Source: Macrostomum lignano
Taxonomy: Eukaryota
NCBI GenBank assembly: GCA_002269645.1
Contig: NIVC01001024.1
Coordinates: 313,365 to 377,364, forward strand
Length of the DNA stretch: 64,000 nt
Reading direction: 5' to 3'
The translations under genes and the position numbers were made by a program. The notes below the pieces were generated by a model that did no database searches, was not told where the DNA came from, and worked only from the letters and a program-made list of their open reading frames with translations. Below are positions 1-12,530 of this stretch, piece after piece. Positions within the stretch are counted from its first letter, which is position 1, and each line of letters begins with the position of its first letter.

Positions 1-1879
1 AAGTCACCATTTTCCATGTTGCTGAAATTAACTGTTGCCAAAATGCCTAGAATTTCTATACTAAGGTAGAATTCCTCCCAAAAAAAAGTGTTTTGTAAAA
101 ACTAAAGAAATTAAACACAAGGATAGGCCCTACATAAAGTTTCATTAATTTAAAAATATAGGCCTAATAATATTGCACAATACTAAAGGCAAAGCCAAGA
201 GCCCCGAAGGAGCTCTAACAAATAAATATTAGCACTAGTGCTACCATTGACAATACAATATCAATATTGCTAATGCTACATATAACATATATTGAAATCT
301 AACAATACTATGTGCACTCTAGTTGGTAAATGAAAATTGTCGATAGCTGCAATACAATAGGCCCTAGTATAGCCTATTGACCATTTTTTAAAGCCAAAAC
401 CTAGTAGGCTTAAGCCCTAAGGCCTAAGTATACTTTTGTGTAGCTGCGCGGCGGCGGCTATAGTTGTTATAAGAGTCCTCGGACTCCTCGGTAAAAAAAT
501 TAATGAATAGGCGTAGTGCAGCTTTTTTACAGTAAACAATTCTTGTTAGCCCTATCTATCGGTTAAAATAGAACTGTATAATTTTGAAAAAATGAAATAT
601 ATTTTTTGAATAAATTAAAAAGAGTCCTAACTAGATACTTTGTTATATCAATATAATGCTTCGAAAATTTTTAACTTTTTAAAATATTTAAATTAAAATA
701 GGCCTAAGTCAAAATTTTGCACTCTACGGCAATCGATTCCAGAACCATAATCGGTTCGGATTTCCAAGAAAAAAGCAGTATAACTATTTAACTTTGTTGA
801 ATGTTTGACTGCCTTAACAGCCTCACTTTGCACAAATTTTCACTTTCTTCTTGGCTATTGCCATTCAATAATTACAATTTTAAAGCACTAATATCCCTCT
901 ACGGCTCTAGTTTAGGAGACAAAAAGTTATACTTTACAAATTGGTTCTGGACCTTCTGGTTTGGTTTACAAGCAATATGAAGAGCCTCTATGACTAGGCA
1001 TATAACTTATCTGTTGCAGCGTTGCTTAGCCCTAGAGTCCAGGTAAGAGTACCTGCCTAACCTCTATCTCTAGGAGGGGCGAGTGTCCATCAAAGGGTGT
1101 TCTGACCCCATGCGCTTGCCTCTTATTTAGGGCCATCTAACTCGGTTACCCATTCTTACAATCTTTTTGGCCTACTAGACTTTAAATAATTTACCATCTC
1201 TGTGAAAATATATTATTGCCTTGCTTGAAGATGCCAAGTGTTCTGCGAAACATGTTGCGCATAAATTGACTAATAAATTATAATTTTGTAATTTTGTATT
1301 ATTAAAGATCAAAATGCAAATTTGTTTGCCTTTGCTTTCATTTTCCTGGCTTAGCCCTAGCTTATTAAATATGGTATACAAACAGTAATATATACTTTCG
1401 GGGCCTATCAGTTTATCCTATGCCTTGGGTATTAGCAGTTAGCTGGTTAGCCCTCATGGATATATCAATTTAAATTGTAAAACAGCTCATATGCCTTGCT
1501 TTTTATTATGCTTTAAATAGCTCGCCTAATTTATTGTTTTTTCATGGTTTTAGTTAGGCCCCTAGGCCTATAGTCTAGTGCAAAAAAATAATATATATTT
1601 TAGTCTAGAGTTAGGCCTAGACACTCAAATTGCTAAGTACCAACATATGTGCAGTTAGGCCTTATTAACATACATGCGCAACTGCTGGCCGACCTGGCCG
1701 ATCCGGCCACCGTAAATCGTGGCTGACCAGGGGTAAGTCGCAAAATTGAGTCAACCAAAAACAGAAAAACACAAGAACCAAGAAAGGCAAGAGGAAAGCG
1801 AAAGAAAGAGCAGTTCAGGGAAAATCGTGAAGCAAAAGAAAAACAATTCGCAAAAGAAGCAAACTAAGTTGTAAAAATA

Positions 1880-2270
1880 ATCAGGTACTGGTAAGTCGCA
1901 ACAGGAATCAGGTAAGTCGCAAAAGAAGCAAACTATGTCGCAAAAAGGATCAGGTAAGTCGCAAAAGGGTTAGGTAAGTCACAAAAAGGATTAGGTAAGT
2001 CCCAAAAAGGATTAGGTAAGTCGCAAAAAGGATTAGGTAAGTCGCAAAAAGAATCAGGTAAGTCGCAAAAGGATCAGCTAAGTCGCAAAAGGATTAGGTA
2101 ACTCGCAAAAAGGATTAGGTAAGTCGCAAAAAGGATTAAGTAAGTCGCAAAAAGGATTAGGTAAGTCGCAAAAGGGTTAGGTAAGTCGCAAAAGGATTAG
2201 GTAAGTCGCAAAAGGATTAGGTAAGTCGCAAAAAGGATTAGGTAAGTCGCAAAAAGAAGCAACTAAGTCG
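1880..2270 (+). repeat. ~21-bp tandem repeat (GGTAAGTCGCAAAAAGGATTA)n
   Basis: Directly visible array of roughly 18 units inside the TIR element. Confidence 0.95.
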
Positions 2271-2519
2271 CAATAAGAGGGAAGTAAGTCACAATCAGAG
2301 GCAATCAGGGGGTAGTAGGTGCAAGTGTGGCAGGAGAGCAAAAACAGAATAGAAGCCTTCAACAACAGACAAGATCTTTGAAATCAGAAGCCCGCGTCAA
2401 CAGTTTCCCATTGATTTCTTAAACTCTGGAGCAGGGGTCGGCAAACTCCGGCTCGCGAAGCCCCTCTATCTGGCCCTCGCCCTCGGGTTCTTTGAAACTT
2501 CCTAACTACGAGTAGCAAG

Positions 2520-3165
2520 GTTGGTGTCTCTTCAACTCTCATCTCTCTCTTCTTCTCTACCTTGCCTCCCCTCTTCTCTCTCTCCCCCTTTTCCCTCTTC
2601 TCTCTCCTCTCATTTTTACTCTCCTCTCTTCTCCCCCTTTCTCTCTACCCTTTCTCCTCAATGCCCTCTTCTCTCTTCTTATCTTCAGCAAAAATATGTG
2701 CATATTTTCTTACTTCAAAGTAGAGGAAATAGAAGATTAGAGATAAGCAAACAGAGGAGAGGCGAGCGATGCGATGGGAGAAAAGATAGAAAAGGAGAGA
2801 AAAGCTGAGGGAGGAAAAAGAGATGAGAGAGAAGAGGAGATGAGAGGAAAGAGGAAAGAAAAGATGATGGATGAGATCAGAAGAGAGGAAAGAGGAAAGA
2901 GGAGAGAGTAGATGAGAGAAGAGAGGATAAAGAGGAGATGAGAGGAGAGTGAAGAGAGGAGAGATGAGAGAGTAGAAAAGAGAGGAGAGATAAGATGAGA
3001 GAGTAGAGTGGAATGGAGAGAGACGAGAGGAGAGATAAGAATGTAGAGAGGAGACAGAAGAGATAGGAGAGGAGAGGAAAGAGAGGAGAGAGGAGAGGAA
3101 AGAGAGAAGGGATAAGGGATGAGAGAGAAAAGAAAAAGAGGATGAGAAGATTGAGGAATAGAGAG
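2520..3165. repeat. CT-rich then GA-rich low-complexity tracts
   Basis: Polypyrimidine 2520-2680 and polypurine 2745-3165. The S/L-rich ORFs called here are artefacts. Confidence 0.9.
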
Positions 3166-4817
3166 AATTTGCAAAGGCCTCAAATCTTAGTTTAACATGC
3201 ATTACTCCCATCTTTGCCTTTTTCCTAACTGTTAACAAGTTTTTGTTTGAGCATGACTTCAAATTTAGAATCTATGCAAAAATAGTTCCAGGAATTAGAA
3301 TTCAGTGGTTTAAAAATCTGTGGGTTTTCACAGCTTGTATCTCTACTGGATTCGTATTCTGCATCTGATGAGCCATCTGAGTCAGGGCTCTCATCTTCCA
3401 TGCCAAATCGTCTAGCAAATCGTTCTTGAGCTATAGGTCACACTGTATTCACTTCACTTACTTCTGGACATTCATGAATCATGACTTTTGTAGTATGCTC
3501 ACTACACTGTACTGACAATTTACTAATTGCTTCATGCCGCCACTAGATGACATACTGATTAGCTGTTATAAAAACGCGGAATCTGCACGCAGCACTAATT
3601 AGCTGGCGAGGCATTTAGCTTCAAAAAATATGGTCATAGTTACTCCTGCCGTTTACCTAAAGTTTTTGCTTGGCTCTTTCATAGGTAAGTCGCATTTTTT
3701 ATCGAAAACTAAGTCGCATGGCCAGCGTAATTTTAGAAGTTGCGCATGTATGCTATTAACTTATTTTACCATTAGGCCTAAGCATTATAGCACTAGGCCC
3801 CATGTCATTCTGCTTTTCTTGAGTTTCTTGCTCTAAATTATTTTAATCCCCTTTTGAACTTTTCAGAGCCAGAGTCTTTCAAGTTTGCATTAGGCCTTGC
3901 CTACTCAGGCTGGCCCAGGTCCCAGCTTAGGCCATAGTAGTAGTGCAAGATGCAGGACAGATTGTTAATAGATAATTTAGTAACATATTATTGCAATATA
4001 TAAGCAAAATAGCTAAACCAGAGGCCTTTAGCTTTTCTCTATGAGATGTAATTGATCTTTCAAAACCTAGCCATTTCTTGTATGGTTTATATATATGTTC
4101 ATATACCCAGAGGGAAATTTTGGGTACGCCTAAGGGTACCCCGATGGCGGCGCCTTTAGTCGGGCGGAGTCCGCCAGGGCGACTGGCTGTCCAGGCGAAG
4201 CGGAGTACATCTGCAGTGCGCTTGGGCGCTGGTAGAGAAGTTTTTTTTCTTCTACTAGTAGAATGTTAAGCGCATGCATCCTAGAAATTTAATCCAAATT
4301 TGCACGGGCAAATTTGCACCTACTGCACGCGGGCAGCACGGGCTTCTAGCTTCGAAGCAGCTCGTCTACTTACTAGCTTAATAATGGCTTAATTCTATTA
4401 TGATTTTCAATGAAGTCCTGAAGTTTTGGCTCATGTATTGTTCGATATACGATACGAGCGTATTGGCAAATATACTTAATTTTGTTTGTGCTTATAAACC
4501 GTTTAACAAAATTCAGCATTTCATGGTATTGTTGTTATACAATGCTTAGAGATTAACATATTTACTTGTCTTCCATTGAAGTACTCAGAAGAGAGAAGAC
4601 AATAAAGATGAATATGAGCGTAAAAAAGCAAAGATACGGAAAATCAGTTTTCGTTTCTTCAAAAACAATCATCATTGCTCGAACTTGAGTCGCAATGCTC
4701 CATATTGGTGTCCGAAAGCTCGGAGTCGCTGGATTGCAGCCGAACCACTTTCATGCGTCGCTTAAATGCTCCAACGTCACTCCTGCGCTTACGAGCAACT
4801 CAACTTGAAGTAAGAGC

Positions 4818-5110
4818 TTGACAGTCAAAGGCCGTGGCTGCAGTCGCAGTGACTTGCTGCTGCCGAGCACCAGAAGGCGTTGCAGCTCGGGCTTGGCATG
4901 GAGAGGCCGTGGCTGCAGTTGCAATGACTTGCCGCTGCCGAGCACCAGAAGGCGTTGCAGCTGGGGCTTGGCATGGAGAGGCCGTGGCTGCAGTCGCAGT
5001 GACTTGCCGCTGCCAAGCACCAGAAGGCGTTGCAGCTGGGGCTTGGCATGGTGAGGCCATGGCTGCAGTCGCAGTGACTTGCCTCTGCCGAGCACCAGGA
5101 GGCGTTGCAT
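4818..5110. repeat. 78-bp tandem repeat (~4 copies) in the last exon
   Basis: The unit GAGGCCGTGGCTGCAGTCGCAGTGACTTGC...GGCTTGGCATG recurs every 78 bp and encodes ATPSGARQRQVTATAATASPCQAPA-like units. Confidence 0.9.
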
Positions 5111-5514
5111 CAGAATGGGTGCAGCTAATAATTGATGCAACCACCGGATTGATTGGCATTAAGGCATCGGGAGCTGCTGCAGTGGATTTGCGGTGCAATC
5201 GCTTCTTCAGCCGATCGCTTCCACGCTTGAGCTGCTCACGACAAGCTTCTGCAACTGCTTTGACCAAAGGCCTGCCGGTGTCCTCGGTTCTGCCGAATAG
5301 CTTGGTCATCGCCTCTGTCAAAAAATAAATTGCATGGATTTTAGGTATAGTTAAATGAGTAAAAAGTATAAATGTGCTACTCATGATCAGAACTGATAGT
5401 AGTGCTTATAGCATTTATTTCTTTTCTCTGGTTTCGTTTCGTTTGATGTGTACTTATCAAAAAGCTTACATTTATATGTTCTTTCACTCTCATAATTTTT
5501 TATGTAATGTATAC

Positions 5515-5810
5515 AGCGGGCAGCCAGGATCATTGGCCCTTCCGTCAAGGTGCCCTATAAGTATAACCTTAGCACCCGCCGGGTCACTGGTGGACTTGCC
5601 TTTGCACATAAACTTCTCCTAGGTCGTGGCTCCGAAGAGCTTAAACTTCTCCTTCCATCTCTTATCCAGAAGTCTAGCTATGGCTTTCGTTCAAATAACT
5701 GCCTGTATGAATTCACCTTAAAAATTCCCTTCTATGGAACAGAAGTTCGAAAACGGTCCTTCTCCACAGTACACTGAGATATGGAATTTACTGCCAGCAA
5801 GTCAGCAACC
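5515..5810 (+). mobile_element. 3' fragment of a CR1/L2-like LINE (RT C-terminus) within an intron
   Basis: RAARIIG...LSTRRVTGGLAFAHKLLLG...KRSF, then a frameshifted WNLLP. This is the typical LxxRR...RSF...WNxLP tail of CR1/L2/Jockey ORF2. Confidence 0.6.
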
Positions 5811-5872
5811 CTAGCAGACCCTGGCCTTGGCGCAAAATAGTTCAAGAGCCAGATCTCCCAGAAGCCACTATG

Positions 5873-5954
5873 CAAGGACTCCTAAACCTAAGCATCGGTT
5901 TAGGAGTCCTGGAGTCCTAAGCATTTAGGAGATGCTTAGGTTTAGGAGTCCTTG
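5873..5954. repeat. 24-bp perfect inverted repeat / mini-MITE
   Basis: CAAGGACTCCTAAACCTAAGCATC (5873-5896) and its exact complement (5931-5954). The spacer is made of the same motifs. Confidence 0.8.
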
Positions 5955-8721
5955 TACTATGAGCACCACAGAGTCCTCCCACCATCTCAATTGCCTTCCA
6001 CCTCTCTTCCTTCAACATTTCTTTTGTCATTCTTATCTCTCTCTTCATCAGTTTCTCTGTAGCCATGGGGAACCCTTGTGGTATATTCGTCTCTGACCAC
6101 TGACCAGTGACCAGTCTTATGGTGAGCTTAGTATAATAATAACAATGATTATTATTGTTATTTCTTTATATATTCTCTAACTGGCTCGCAAACTTTTAAG
6201 AATCAAACCAGTTGTGATTGTGCGTCAATGATAAACTTCCGATTTAATAGTCTATGTGTCTATGTGACAAATATGATGCCTACCTTGAATATAAGGCAGA
6301 AAAGCCATCTTAAATCCGAGGTCATCAATTGATAGTTGCGTTGAAACTCCTGCTTTGAGGGCTCGCTCACGCATATCCGTCCCCTTGAAGTTGACCACAG
6401 CCTGCATCCGAAGCGATAGGATGTTATCCAACATATCACGGACCGAGTCTTGCCACTTAACTCGTCGGAAGAGCCTGAGGTGAGTCCTCAGCTGTTGAAC
6501 AGAAAATGCGAACATCATCGTCGGTGGAGAGTCTTAAACCCTTGCCATATTAAGCGCAAATAAAATTACATTATGTAAACTCACCGCTGAAAGTCGTTGT
6601 TCCGACGCTTCAACAAAGTCAATGTAATCATCCCAAGAATCGATTACTTCAAAGCCAGACACTTGAGGTGTTTCAGCCTGAGGATGCAAGATGGATGACA
6701 TTTGATGCATCGCAGCGCGAAGTCCGGTTACGTCTTTCTGCAAGGCCTCCACCTTGGCCTCAAGCCGAATGCTTGTTACAGTGTACTCGCGAAGGAGGCT
6801 GAGCTGCACAAACAAAAGTCCCTCGGAGCTATCAAGTTGGAAGTTGACATTATCCTGAATCTGCTGTTTCAATTTTCTTATATATTCCGGGCCGAATCTT
6901 GCTGATGCAAGCACTGGAAGATTTGGAGTCGCAGGAGTTGCTGTTGCTGATTAAATCACTGCAACTCGTCTAGGCCTTGGCTTTGGCATGGTGGAGGCAA
7001 TTAGATCAACGGCAGAATCTCCTAGAGCCGCCACTGTCACCGTGTCAGCTACTCCATCCGTCTCCGCCTCCAGCGCAGCATCCGATTCATCAGCAGTCGC
7101 TTCCGCCGCTGCAGCATCTGCGTCATCTACCGCCGCCTCCGCCGCTGCAGCATCCGCTTCGTCTGCAGCCGCCTCCGCCGATGCGGCATCCGCTTCGTCT
7201 GCTGCCGCCTCCGCCGCTACGGCATCCGCTTCGTCTGCTGCCGCCTCCGCCGCTGCAGCATCCGCTTCATCTGCAGCCGCCTCCGCCGCTTCAGCATCCG
7301 CCTCGTGTTCTGTTGCATCAGTCGCAGTGGCTTCCTGCTCCTCAGTCTCTGGCTCGGAGTCGGGAAGTGGCAGTAACTGAGCAACAGTTTCTGGAGCGTC
7401 ATGCGTCAGAAGAAGCGCAGCATTCCTCGCAAAGTTCGTCCCTCGCTCTCTGTCGGAGAAGAACGTTTCGGTATCAGATGCTGAGCCTTGTGACAGGTTC
7501 TGAAAGAGTAGGTTTAGGATAGATATGTAGGTAAAGTCAATCATCAATCCTTTTCAAAACTTTTTTTCCGACCTCAATTTTCTAACTGTCCCTCCGTCCT
7601 CTAACCTCCCCCTAAGCCTGATTGGCATTTTAATTCTTCAATCCTCAAGCCTAAATGCCATTGCTTGCAGTTCAAACTTACACCTGTTTGATAATTTCGA
7701 CGGGCCTGCTTCGCGTCGTATGAGGGGAAAACTCGCGGCTTGACCAGCTGCATTATGCTACGCAGACGTAGCTTCTTAGCAATAAGAGTGCATACAAACA
7801 AGAAGCTGCCTGGCTGCATTGTATCGTCCAGGATGACCTGTTGTAAAAAGCGGTAGAATTGAAATATCCCAACTTCCGAGGATCAAGACGCAGTAATTAT
7901 AGAATTGAATGCATATACATGTAAAGAGTGGAGCAAAAATACGAGTAGCAACAACTCACCTGAACAACAACTGCTGGGTAATATGTACCATCATATAGTG
8001 CCTCGCACATCCATGTCTCATCGGAATCTCTCATTTTCAACCATTCGGCTTCAGAGAGGGCCTCCAGATTCAGTGACAGCCTTACGTTCTCTCTCGGCGC
8101 CTCAATAACTTGTCTGTCCGCTTTAAAAATAACAAGGAACTTCATTTCCAAAAGATAAAAAATACTATTTTAATTTTCGTCAATGCCACAAGCCAATTCA
8201 AGTTTCGGGTAGGAAATTGTTTCCCTTATTATTTTTCTCCTCCATAAACTCTAGGAGTGAGCTAGTGACATTACAGGCGCAATCCCATTGGTCCGCCCCT
8301 CTTCCCACTGCTAACGCCGCCCAATTCTCCCTCTCTATCTTGCTGATTAATGAGATATTTTAGAAATACAAACTGTAATAAAAATATAGAAAGAAAGGAA
8401 AAAGCAAGACAGAAGGCTATAATTCCTGATGCATCCTGATTCCTGATTACATGTATATCCCTGATGCAGACCGGATAGCGGATAATCTCCCTCAGGTCAG
8501 TTCAAAGAACCCTCAAAGGCGAAGAGGAATTGGTGGAGCTTTGTGTGTAGAAAGAAGAATGCGAACTATATCATGGATTTCTCTGTTCGATATGTGTCTC
8601 ACAGATGTCAAATAAGAAAAAGACAGAAAGAATCAAGAGTTTGAACCTTGGTTCGGTGCGTATAAAGATTCGAAGCCCCATCTTTGTCAGAAAATTCTGT
8701 TGCTTAGGGTGCGCCGGGGGC

Positions 8722-8995
8722 ATTTCACATTCTCGAAATATCATATCATCGAAATTTCACAACGCCGAAAATTCTGCACTGTTCTTTCACATCCTCGAAA
8801 TTTCACATTCTCGAAACTTCACATCCTCAAAATATCACTTCCACGAAATTTCATAACGTCGAAAGAAGTTAGACGTGATATTCCGAGGATGTGAAAGATG
8901 GCTTCTTTCGACGTTATGAAATTTCGAGGTTGTGAAATTTCGAGAATATGAAGTTTTTGGCTTTCTACGTTGTGAAATTTCGAGGAAGTGATAGC
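8722..8995. repeat. Small foldback of TCGAAATTTCACAA-type repeats
   Basis: Forward units 8722-8865 and reverse-complement units 8905-8995. Same motif family as 30782-32243. Confidence 0.75.
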
Positions 8996-9523
8996 TGCCC
9001 GGGTGCGCCCACAGACCATATAGTAAATAGACTGCGCATATAGCTAGGCCGGCATGAGCGTGCAGAGCATGAGAAAAACACAAAGCAAAAAATGTTACTC
9101 CACGGATCAATAGTGGGGAAGCACCTACCTCCCCTACCCACATTTACATATATATATACAAATTATACGCATTATATTTAATCTTTACCCTGTGCCAGTC
9201 TTTTTACTATATGGTCTGGGTTCATCCCTCATTTTGTTCTGATTGAATGCACAAACACAATTCAGCATTCTTGCCCAACTCCCAATTAAAGCACAAGGCT
9301 TCACAATGGGCTTGAGAGGTTCCGCAAAGACCAAAGACCAAAAACGGCACATGAGGCACAACGGAATGAATAGTCTGTATAGAATATGTACAGCACCTAA
9401 AAATCGAAAAAAGCCTGGGACGCAGACAGGGAAGCAAACAGTCACACAGGCCCTTTTGCTCATTGCTCTGGCTCTTAGCTCTTTGCTGCTCTTTGTCTTC
9501 GTATCACACTAAAGATCCCATAG

Positions 9524-10207
9524 TTCTGACTTTTCACACAGACCTTGGGCATCCAGTGCGCTATCAATCAGATAAAAAACCATTGCCGAGTGACTTTTAG
9601 TTTTTCAGATATCCAGAGGTGGATTAGCAGCCAGTTTGCAATGCTTTCAAATGGGGAAAGTCTAAAATGACCCACTTTGATTTGTGAAGCCCGAGATGAA
9701 ACCTCCATTCTGACTTTTCACACAGACCTTGGGCATCCAGTGCGCTATCAATCAGATAAAAAACCATTGCCGAGTGACTTTTAGTTTTTCAGATATCCAG
9801 AGGTGGATTAGCAGCCAGTTTGCAATGCTTTCAAATGGAGAAAGTCTAAAATGACCCACTTTGATTTGTGAAGCCCGAGATGAAACCTCCGTTCTGACTT
9901 TTCACACAGACCTTGGGCATCCAGTGCGCAGTCAATCGGAGAAAGAAACATAGCCAAGGGACTTTTAGTTTTTCAGATATCCAGAGGCGGATTAGCAGGT
10001 CTGAGAATGCCCGCTTGCGATTTGTGAAGTTTGAACTGATCCCACAGTTCTGACTTTTCACACAGACCTTGGGCATCCAGTGCGCTATCAATCAGATAAA
10101 AACCATTGCCAAGTGACTTTTAGTTTTTCAGATATCCAGAGGTGGATTAGCAGCCAGTTTGCAATGCTTTCAAATGGGGAAAGTAAAAAATTATCCACTT
10201 TGATTTG
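9524..10207 (+). repeat. ~184-bp tandem repeat (~3.8 copies)
   Basis: TTCTGACTTTTCACACAGACCTTGGGCATCCAGTGCGC starts at 9524, 9708, 9892 and 10048. Confidence 0.9.
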
Positions 10208-11499
10208 TGGAGCCCAAGTGGAGCTCATTATCTGAGGGTTTGTCATTGCAGTCCTCGAAATTCACGCAGACTTCCACTCTTGTGGTGGTAGTGATGGTCT
10301 CCAGATTTCCATCGGGGCCAATTTGCGAAGTCTTGGTGACTGTTTCGGTTGGCTCCCAGCTTCATGTAAATGGGTCGCAGAAGTTCGCCCGTCCTTTCAA
10401 AGCCTGCTTCCACGTGCTTCTGCTTCCAGTCGCATTGTCGTCGGTGTCGTTCGTGTTGTTATTTGCATCGGCGAAGAACTCGCGGAATATGTCCTCGTCA
10501 AGCCACACACGCAGCGAAATCACGAATGTATGACAGTTGTAACATTTTGCTTTGTTATTTGCGGTAGCTTATACGAGAAGTAGAAGGGAAAACGAAGCGG
10601 GAATGCCACTGATAATAATAATTATCAACAACAATGACTACTGAAAATGCTTTTCGGGACAATTTTTTGCTGCCAATTCTACCGAGGCGCGGATCAAGGA
10701 TTTTCCCCAGGGGAGCAAGCATATACGTCAGTGACCAATGTCCAGTTGAAATGCCCAACTCAAAGTGGAAAATGGAATTGAAAATTGAACAAAGTTTATC
10801 TTACTGCTCTACTGTAAGTAGATAGGTGGGAGAAAAGGTGTGACAAGAAAGAAAAAAAATTTATGCTGACAAAAATTATTGCATTATGAATTCATAATGC
10901 GTTTGCATCATTATTCGACAAAAATCGTTAATGGGCTCAATACACAAAGATTAAATAAATTTGTTACTTGTATGCTCGATCATCTCGCCTTAGCATCGAT
11001 TTTAACAAGAAAATTCGTCAACAATAAAACAGTGCGCCAAATAGTGCGCCTTGGGGATTGTAAAGAGAACTAAAATAAATAGAATTTTTTTTTGCTTTTA
11101 TAAATTTGCAATCTCCAAAGCATCATGGTCCTCGCATTTCAGGGAAAATCAACCGCCTTTTTTATTGCATGAATGCAGTAAAAAAAATTCTTCCCATAAT
11201 TGACGGGCGTACCCTGGCATACCCCTAGGCGTACTGCGCCCACAGTGCGCCCAAATTTTTTTTCCCACTGGGTATTATACATACATGTATATATATATAA
11301 TAGACAAGGCTTATTATTTATTATTTATTTTATTATTTATTATTATTATTTATTATTATTTATTTTTATATATAATCTATGAAACTAATGTTCTATACTA
11401 ATCAAATACTAATATAATAGACAAGGCTACATTGCCATGGGTTTTATTGTAGAAAGGACAAAGCTAAGAATTTTACATACATTGTATATCCTCATACAT

Positions 11500-12197
11500 A
11501 CCCTTAAGTGGGTTCCGGGGCATGTGGGGATCCGAGGAAATGAGTTGGCTGACACCCTTGCAAAAGTTGGTGCCTCCAGCTCCTCTCTCGGCCCCGAACC
11601 TCTTGTCCCGATTCCTGGCTGTGTCATCGACTCGCGCATCAAAGCGTGGATCAGGACTCAGCACCGCTCGACTTGGGCGAACCGCACGAACTGCAGGCAA
11701 TCCAGAGGCGCTGTCCCTCAGCCCTCTCACCAGCTCCGGAAGCTCCTCTTGCGCCTCTTGCGCAGAGACATCCGGGCTGCCACCATGACCCTCTCTGGTC
11801 ACGGCTGCTTCTCCAGGCACCAGTACCTGCAGGGCAACGCCACCAACGCCACATGTAGTTTCTGCAACTCAGGTGACGAAACCGCTGAGCATTTCGTCAG
11901 CATCTGTCCCGCCTTCACGCGGGCCAGACTCACTTACCTCGGGCCACACACATCTATTACTGAAGCGTGCAAACCCGAAAACTTTAATCAGCTCATGCGC
12001 TACCTTCGGGCCACCCGCAGGGCTGAACTCTCCTTTCCAGAGAGCACCATAGCTGCTGGCGACACTGGGGGACCTCCCTGGGCGGCGCCAACCCTCCGTC
12101 CATAGCGACGCGTCGGCCGTTCAGGGACTAGCGGAATGGGCACCCGCGCCTTCCCGCTGTGTCCCCTCCGGGACAGCCCTGCAGCTAAGTCAAAGTC
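11500..12197 (+). mobile_element. 5'-truncated copy of the LOA/R1-like LINE (RNase H end, CCHC finger, 3' UTR)
   Basis: Differs at only roughly a dozen positions from 37442-38139. 12-bp TSD ATCCTCATACAT at 11488-11499 and 12198-12209. Encodes WVPGHVGIRGNELAD and CSFCNSGDETAEHFVSICP. AAGTC-type tail. Confidence 0.95.
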
Positions 12198-12530
12198 ATC
12201 CTCATACATGCACAACAGTCAGCCGAGTTGGCCAATCCAGCCAACCAATTTGGCAACCAACTAAAGAAGTTGCAAAAATGCCCACCCAAATAAATACCCA
12301 AGTACCAGGGTAGTACTAAGTTTTTGATGAGGTATTTTGGTGTAATGAGATAGTCATAGTTACTCTTGCCATTTACACAAAGTTGCGTTAATTTTGGTTT
12401 AGGGTTTTTTATATGTAAGTCGCATTTTTGGCCAAAAACTATGTCACATTTTTGTTAAAACTAAGTCACATGGTGGACCAAATTTTGGAAGTTGCGCATG
12501 TATGTATTCCTAACTAAATTTCTATGTGTA

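Larger units (their letters stand above)
1669..3752. mobile_element. Putative non-autonomous TIR DNA transposon (~2.1 kb)
   Basis: Perfect 15-bp inverted termini CATACATGCGCAACT (1669-1683) and AGTTGCGCATGTATG (3738-3752). Flanks TTATTAA / CTATTAA are a 7-bp near-TSD. The TAAGTCGC motif is repeated internally and subterminally. A second right end of the same family lies at ~12355-12504. Confidence 0.6.
4800..8145 (-). pseudogene. Spliced DUF4806-like (transposon accessory) protein gene with one in-frame stop
   Basis: Phase-consistent GT-AG exons 8145-7960, 7837-7682, 7499-6585, 6491-6284, 5314-~4800. The spliced C-terminal region reads SVRDMLDNILSLRMQAVVNFKG...FKMAFLPYIQ|EAMTKLFG...AVAEACREQLKRGSDR, matching the DUF4806 pattern as I recall it. 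An in-frame TAA at 6951-6953 interrupts exon 3. Also an Ala/Glu/Asp repeat (7040-7320) and 78-bp C-terminal repeats. Confidence 0.7.
4106..11272. mobile_element. CMC (CACTA/EnSpm-Mirage-Chapaev)-like TIR element, non-autonomous, 7.17 kb
   Basis: Termini CCCAGAGGGAAA (4106) and TTTCCCACTGGG (ends 11272) fit the CMC 5'-CMCWR signature. TA lies on both sides. Shared subterminal GTACGCCTA(A/G)GGGTA and GTGCGCCC motifs. No transposase recognised inside. Confidence 0.65.

Noticed and set aside
2432-2500. hAT-like terminus CAGGGGTCGGCAAACT
   Set aside because: No matching second end or TSD found in the window.
10634-10825. 63-aa plus-strand ORF as a possible transposase start of the CMC-like element
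   Set aside because: No recognisable transposase motif and no downstream continuation.
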